DNA from: Crocinitomicaceae bacterium
Lineage (GTDB): Bacteria > Bacteroidota > Bacteroidia > Flavobacteriales_D > Crocinitomicaceae
Direction of reading: 5' to 3'
Assembly: GCA_034680045.1 (NCBI GenBank)
Contig: JAXITO010000003.1
Location: 37,411 to 101,410 of the forward strand
DNA length: 64,000 nt
Part shown: in pieces, positions 60,524 to 64,000 of the stretch
Layout: every line of letters starts with the position of its first letter
How positions within the stretch are numbered: position 1 is the first letter of the stretch
The notes under the pieces: generated by a model
Databases searched by the model: none
Seen by the model: only the letters and a program-made list of their open reading frames with translations
What the model was told of the DNA's origin: nothing
Translations under genes and position numbers: made by a program

Positions 60524-62464
60524 TTAGATCAGTAGTTGATATACAAAAAATGCACTTAAATAGGCTACACAACCCATGAATACCAGTTGGAGTATAGGCC
60601 ATTTCCAAGAATTGGTTTCGCGTTTCACTACGGCTAATGTGGCCATACATTGCATGGCAAAAACGTAAAACACGAGTAGAGAAGCTCCAGTAGCCAAACT
60701 GTACACAACCTGTCCGCGGTCGTTTTTTTCGTCGCGTAGTTTTTGAACCAGACGCTTGTTGTTGTCGGTGTCGTCGCCAACAGCATAAATAGTGGCAAGC
60801 GATCCTACAAAAACTTCTCGAGCAGCAAAAGAACTGAGAAGGGCAATGCCTATTTTCCAGTCGTACCCGAGTGGTGCAATGGCAGGTTCCATCCATTTGC
60901 CAAAATGCCCGATATATGATTGTGATAGCAAAAGTGAATTCTCTTGCTCTTGTTGTTCTAAACTTGTTGCTTGAATATAAGCTGTTTGCTGATGGAGTGC
61001 TTTTAATTTTTGATCTCTGGAACTCGGGCCAAAGGTGGCCAATGCCCAAAGTAAAATTGAAATAGCTACAATGATTTTACCTGCATCTAAAATAAATATC
61101 TTGACTTTTTCGTAAACGGCAATGCCCACATTGTAGAGCCTAGGTGCTTTATATTCTGGCAATTCCATTAAGTGAAACCCGGGTTTACCGCTCCTGACGA
61201 GAAGTCTGAGGATGAATGCGGTGCCGAGTGCAAAGAAGATGCCAAGTGCATACAAGCCAAAAAGCACGAGTCCTTGGAGGTTGATGATGCCGCCGATATA
61301 GCTTTTGGGGATCACCAAACTAATGAGTAAAGTATAAACAGGAATTCTTGCCGAGCAACTCATAAAGGGTGCCACTAGAATTGTGATGAGGCGCTCTTTC
61401 CAATCGGAAATTGTTCTAGCGGACATAATGCCGGGAATGGCGCAAGCAACACTTGAAAGCAACGGTACAACACTCTTGCCATTGAGGCCAAAAGGTCGCA
61501 TGATGCGGTCCATGATGAATACAACCCTTGACAAATAACCACTTTCTTCTAGGAGTGCAATAAAGAAAAATAAGATGGCGATTTGGGGTACAAAAACGAA
61601 AACGCCGCCAATACCGGGAATGAGTCCTTGGGAGATGAGTTTGCTAAGCAAGCCTTCTGGAAGGCTGTCTGCAACCCAAGCACTGAGACGCACAAACTGA
61701 CCATCGATGAAGTCCATGGGGATACTCGCAAAACTGAAGATAAATTGAAAGATGACCAGCAAGACTGCAGTAAAAATCAGGTAACCGTAGATGCGGTGTG
61801 TCAAAATGCGATCTAGGCGCATGGAGGTGTTTACAGCAGTTGTTGGCGCGCTTTGGACCAGGCCTAGGTTGCGCAATTTATCGAGCCGCGCGTTGGTGTT
61901 TTCAGTTTGAGCGCTGTCGGTTTGTAGCATAGTGAGGTCGAGGTCATGAAAGGCGGTTCTTTCTTGGCTTGGAAGCTCATCTAGCGCTTGAAGAATACGG
62001 TCTTTACCGATGGCAACTCTTGCGTTTGCGGTAACGATTGCCGCTGCAGGAAACTGTTTTTGAAGAAGTTCAACATTGATACGTAGGCCTTTGCGCTGTG
62101 CGCGATCCCACATATTGAGAACTAAAAGTATAGGAAAGCCTAGGTCGTATAACTGGCTAAAAAACAAAAGGTTTCGCTCTAAGTTAGCGGCGTCAGCCAC
62201 GTATATAACGGCATCTGGGAAGTCTGGGTGTTGTTTGTTGGTCAGGACGTCCTGGACAACTTGTTCGTCTAGCGAGCGCGCAAATATGCTGTAGGTGCCT
62301 GGAAAGTCAAGGAGTTGTTGGGTGTGGTTGGGCGTCTTGACGCTGCCTTGCTTTTTATCGACAGTTACGCCGGGGAAATTTCCAACTTGTTGGCGCAAAC
62401 CAGTAAGCATATTGAAAACGGTGCTTTTGCCAGTATTGGGATTGCCGAGTAGTGCGATTTTCAT
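60524..62464 (-). CDS. feoB: Ferrous iron transporter FeoB
   Basis: N-terminal G-domain GNPNTGKST plus polytopic gate domains. 646 aa. Confidence 0.95.
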   Translation of the reverse strand: MKIALLGNPNTGKSTVFNMLTGLRQQVGNFPGVTVDKKQGSVKTPNHTQQLLDFPGTYSIFARSLDEQVVQDVLTNKQHPDFPDAVIYVADAANLERNLLFFSQLYDLGFPILLVLNMWDRAQRKGLRINVELLQKQFPAAAIVTANARVAIGKDRILQALDELPSQERTAFHDLDLTMLQTDSAQTENTNARLDKLRNLGLVQSAPTTAVNTSMRLDRILTHRIYGYLIFTAVLLVIFQFIFSFASIPMDFIDGQFVRLSAWVADSLPEGLLSKLISQGLIPGIGGVFVFVPQIAILFFFIALLEESGYLSRVVFIMDRIMRPFGLNGKSVVPLLSSVACAIPGIMSARTISDWKERLITILVAPFMSCSARIPVYTLLISLVIPKSYIGGIINLQGLVLFGLYALGIFFALGTAFILRLLVRSGKPGFHLMELPEYKAPRLYNVGIAVYEKVKIFILDAGKIIVAISILLWALATFGPSSRDQKLKALHQQTAYIQATSLEQQEQENSLLLSQSYIGHFGKWMEPAIAPLGYDWKIGIALLSSFAAREVFVGSLATIYAVGDDTDNNKRLVQKLRDEKNDRGQVVYSLATGASLLVFYVFAMQCMATLAVVKRETNSWKWPILQLVFMGCVAYLSAFFVYQLLI

Positions 62465-62490
62465 GACTTACAAAGCTACAGAAATTTGCT

Positions 62491-62718
62491 TTAAGCCATA
62501 TGGACTTCTACTTGCATGGCCTCTTCTTTGCGCATCGAGATGATATTGCCATTGATTTCATAGGCGATAGGATCTCCGAAAGGTGCTTTAAAGATGGCTT
62601 TGATTTTTTGCCCTTTGGTAAGACCCATTTCAGAAAGTTTTGGGGCAATTGCCGAACTTGCGATGGCAGAAATTTCTACGAGCTGATGCAATGAAATAGA
62701 ATCGAGTGTCTGGGACAT
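62491..62718 (-). CDS. feoA: FeoA-family protein
   Basis: About 75-aa SH3-like FeoA (LSEMGLTKGQKIK...GDPIAYEINGNIISMRKEEA) directly upstream of feoB. I chose the ATG at 62718. Confidence 0.85.
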   Translation of the reverse strand: MSQTLDSISLHQLVEISAIASSAIAPKLSEMGLTKGQKIKAIFKAPFGDPIAYEINGNIISMRKEEAMQVEVHMA

Positions 62719-62721
62719 ATG

Positions 62722-62729
62722 CAAATGTA
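62722..62729 (-). promoter_or_regulatory. Candidate -7 promoter box (TACATTTG) abutting the feoA start codon
   Basis: The minus strand reads TACATTTG-CAT-ATG. Confidence 0.35.
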
Positions 62730-62795
62730 TGACCGATTCTTGAATTTTTACATACCACTTTTGCGGTATTTTGAATCAATCTAAATAAGTTAACC

Positions 62796-64000
62796 CTATT
62801 TTGGTTGTAAAACCAAGCGGGCTGTGGTGCGTGTTTGCTGACTTACCAAACTGGTTTTATTACTGCACATTTCAGCAAGAATGGCTTCGTTGTAATGACG
62901 AATGGTCACGAGTTCGAGGTTTTCGTTGTAACGTATGTGGTAGGTGTCGCCGAGTAGCTGTTGCAATTGGGCTACGTCTACTTTTTTACGATCAAGTAGC
63001 ACTGAAAAGTTGAGCGCTGAATTTTGCATGACATTGATGTGCGCCTGCATTTTAGCTAGTGCAGCAAAAATTTCAGAAAGTTGTTTTTCAGCAATAAAAG
63101 AAAAATCCTTTGTGCTGAAAGTAACGAGTACTTGATTGAATTTGACAATGTATGATGGAATTTGAGCATCGCGCTCTGCATTGGCAGAAATAGTGGTTCC
63201 GGGTGCTTCAGGATCTAAAAACGAACGCACATACAACGGGATATTTTTTTGTTGAAGTGGTTGTACGGTTTTGGGATGGATCACACTTGCGCCGTAATAA
63301 GACAACTCAATGGCTTCTTTGAAAGAGATTTGAGAGAGCAATTGGGTTTTTTCAAAATATTTTGGATCGGCATTGAGCATACCCGGTACATCTTTCCAAA
63401 TAGTTACACTCTCTGCCTCGCAGCAGTAGGCGAGAATGCCTGCGCTGTAATCGGAGCCCTCTCGGCCTAGTGTGGTGGTGAATCCTTCTGAAGTATGCCC
63501 GATGAAGCCTTGTGTAATGGCAATTGCTGTGTTTTGCAACAACGGCAATACTTTTTGTGCGCACAATTCTTTGGTTTTAGACCAGTCTACCTGTGCTTCT
63601 TGATATTGGTTATCGGTGCGAATGATAGACTTGGCATCTAGCCATGCTGCGCTGTAGCCTTGGTCTTTGAGGAAGGCCGCCAACATTTTACTCGAAATAA
63701 GCTCGCCAAATGCAATAATTTGATCGTATTGAAACGAACGATTGTCGGCTAAAGGTTTGAAAAATAATTGTGACAAATGCTCAAATATATCTTCGAGCAC
63801 TTTGTAAATATGGAAATGTTTTTCAGCGAATAATCCGGCAGCTATTTCATAGTGGTAGGCTTTGATATCATCTAGAAGTCCTGCGTAAATACGGTGATCC
63901 TGAGCATACAAGGCCTCGATGAGTTCTTCGAGTTTGTTGGTGGTTTTGCCCATTGCTGAAACAACGACCACTAATTTTTGATTCGGAAAACGCGCTAGAA
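62796..64000 (-). CDS. Aspartate kinase (N-terminus cut by the right window edge)
   Basis: VVVVSAMGKTTN kinase motif, C-terminal ACT-like region. The reading frame stays open upstream of the tracked GTG (..LARFPNQKLVVVVSAMG) up to position 64000, so the gene is truncated by the window. Confidence 0.88.
   Translation of the reverse strand, partial: LARFPNQKLVVVVSAMGKTTNKLEELIEALYAQDHRIYAGLLDDIKAYHYEIAAGLFAEKHFHIYKVLEDIFEHLSQLFFKPLADNRSFQYDQIIAFGELISSKMLAAFLKDQGYSAAWLDAKSIIRTDNQYQEAQVDWSKTKELCAQKVLPLLQNTAIAITQGFIGHTSEGFTTTLGREGSDYSAGILAYCCEAESVTIWKDVPGMLNADPKYFEKTQLLSQISFKEAIELSYYGASVIHPKTVQPLQQKNIPLYVRSFLDPEAPGTTISANAERDAQIPSYIVKFNQVLVTFSTKDFSFIAEKQLSEIFAALAKMQAHINVMQNSALNFSVLLDRKKVDVAQLQQLLGDTYHIRYNENLELVTIRHYNEAILAEMCSNKTSLVSQQTRTTARLVLQPK

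Noticed and set aside
60402-61049. 215-aa same-strand ORF overlapping the 3' part of feoB and extending into the feoB-corA spacer.
   Set aside because: It is an alternative frame of feoB, with Cys/Arg/His/Thr-rich composition uncharacteristic of real proteins and no recognisable motif. The FeoB frame is conserved throughout.
62725-62795. Looked for a Fur box upstream of feoA (the segment TAGATTGATTCAAAATA on the minus strand).
   Set aside because: It bears only a weak resemblance to the GATAATGATAATCATTATC consensus and has no clear dyad symmetry. That is not enough to call.

Overview
Chromosomal window from a Bacteroidota-type genome. This call rests on a SusC/SusD pair, several T9SS C-terminal sorting domains, TAnnTTTG -7 promoter boxes, and A-rich start contexts without Shine-Dalgarno sequences.

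Layout:
- 1-19 kb: two convergent glycosyltransferases. Then the conserved tRNA(Thr-Tyr-Gly-Thr)-tuf-tRNA(Trp)-secE-nusG-rplK-rplA-rplJ-rplL-rpoB-rpoC block, followed by recG, accA and ispE.
- 19.2-33.8 kb: a starch/maltodextrin polysaccharide-utilisation locus (PUL). It encodes a triple-module SusE/F-like binding protein, a GH13, a CotH-family protein, a second GH13, a GH31, SusC and SusD. Three of its products carry T9SS sorting tails, and no regulator gene is present.
- 33.9-39.1 kb (minus strand): a tightly overlapping lnt / second CotH / lipoprotein / DUF2490-like barrel operon.
- 39.2-40.9 kb: rplU-rpmA and an EamA transporter.
- 41.1-58.8 kb: a complete dcw cluster (mraZ to ftsZ; no murF or ddl). 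It runs without a break into yqeY and the methionine-salvage genes mtnB-mtnD-mtnC.
- 58.8-64 kb: DUF1573, corA, feoB, feoA and an aspartate kinase truncated by the window edge.

I saw no rRNA, CRISPR array, integrase or transposase.

Most noteworthy observations:
1. A CotH atypical-kinase-family gene is translationally wedged inside the starch PUL, and a second CotH is translationally coupled to lnt.
2. A shared TGTCA-N3-TGACA palindrome sits at both PUL promoters.
3. 10-bp-phased GTGG-type repeats, candidate MraZ boxes, lie in the dcw leader.
4. Three genes have a -7 box that abuts the start codon, so their mRNAs may be leaderless.

All functional calls come from reading motifs in the supplied translations. 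No database search was run.
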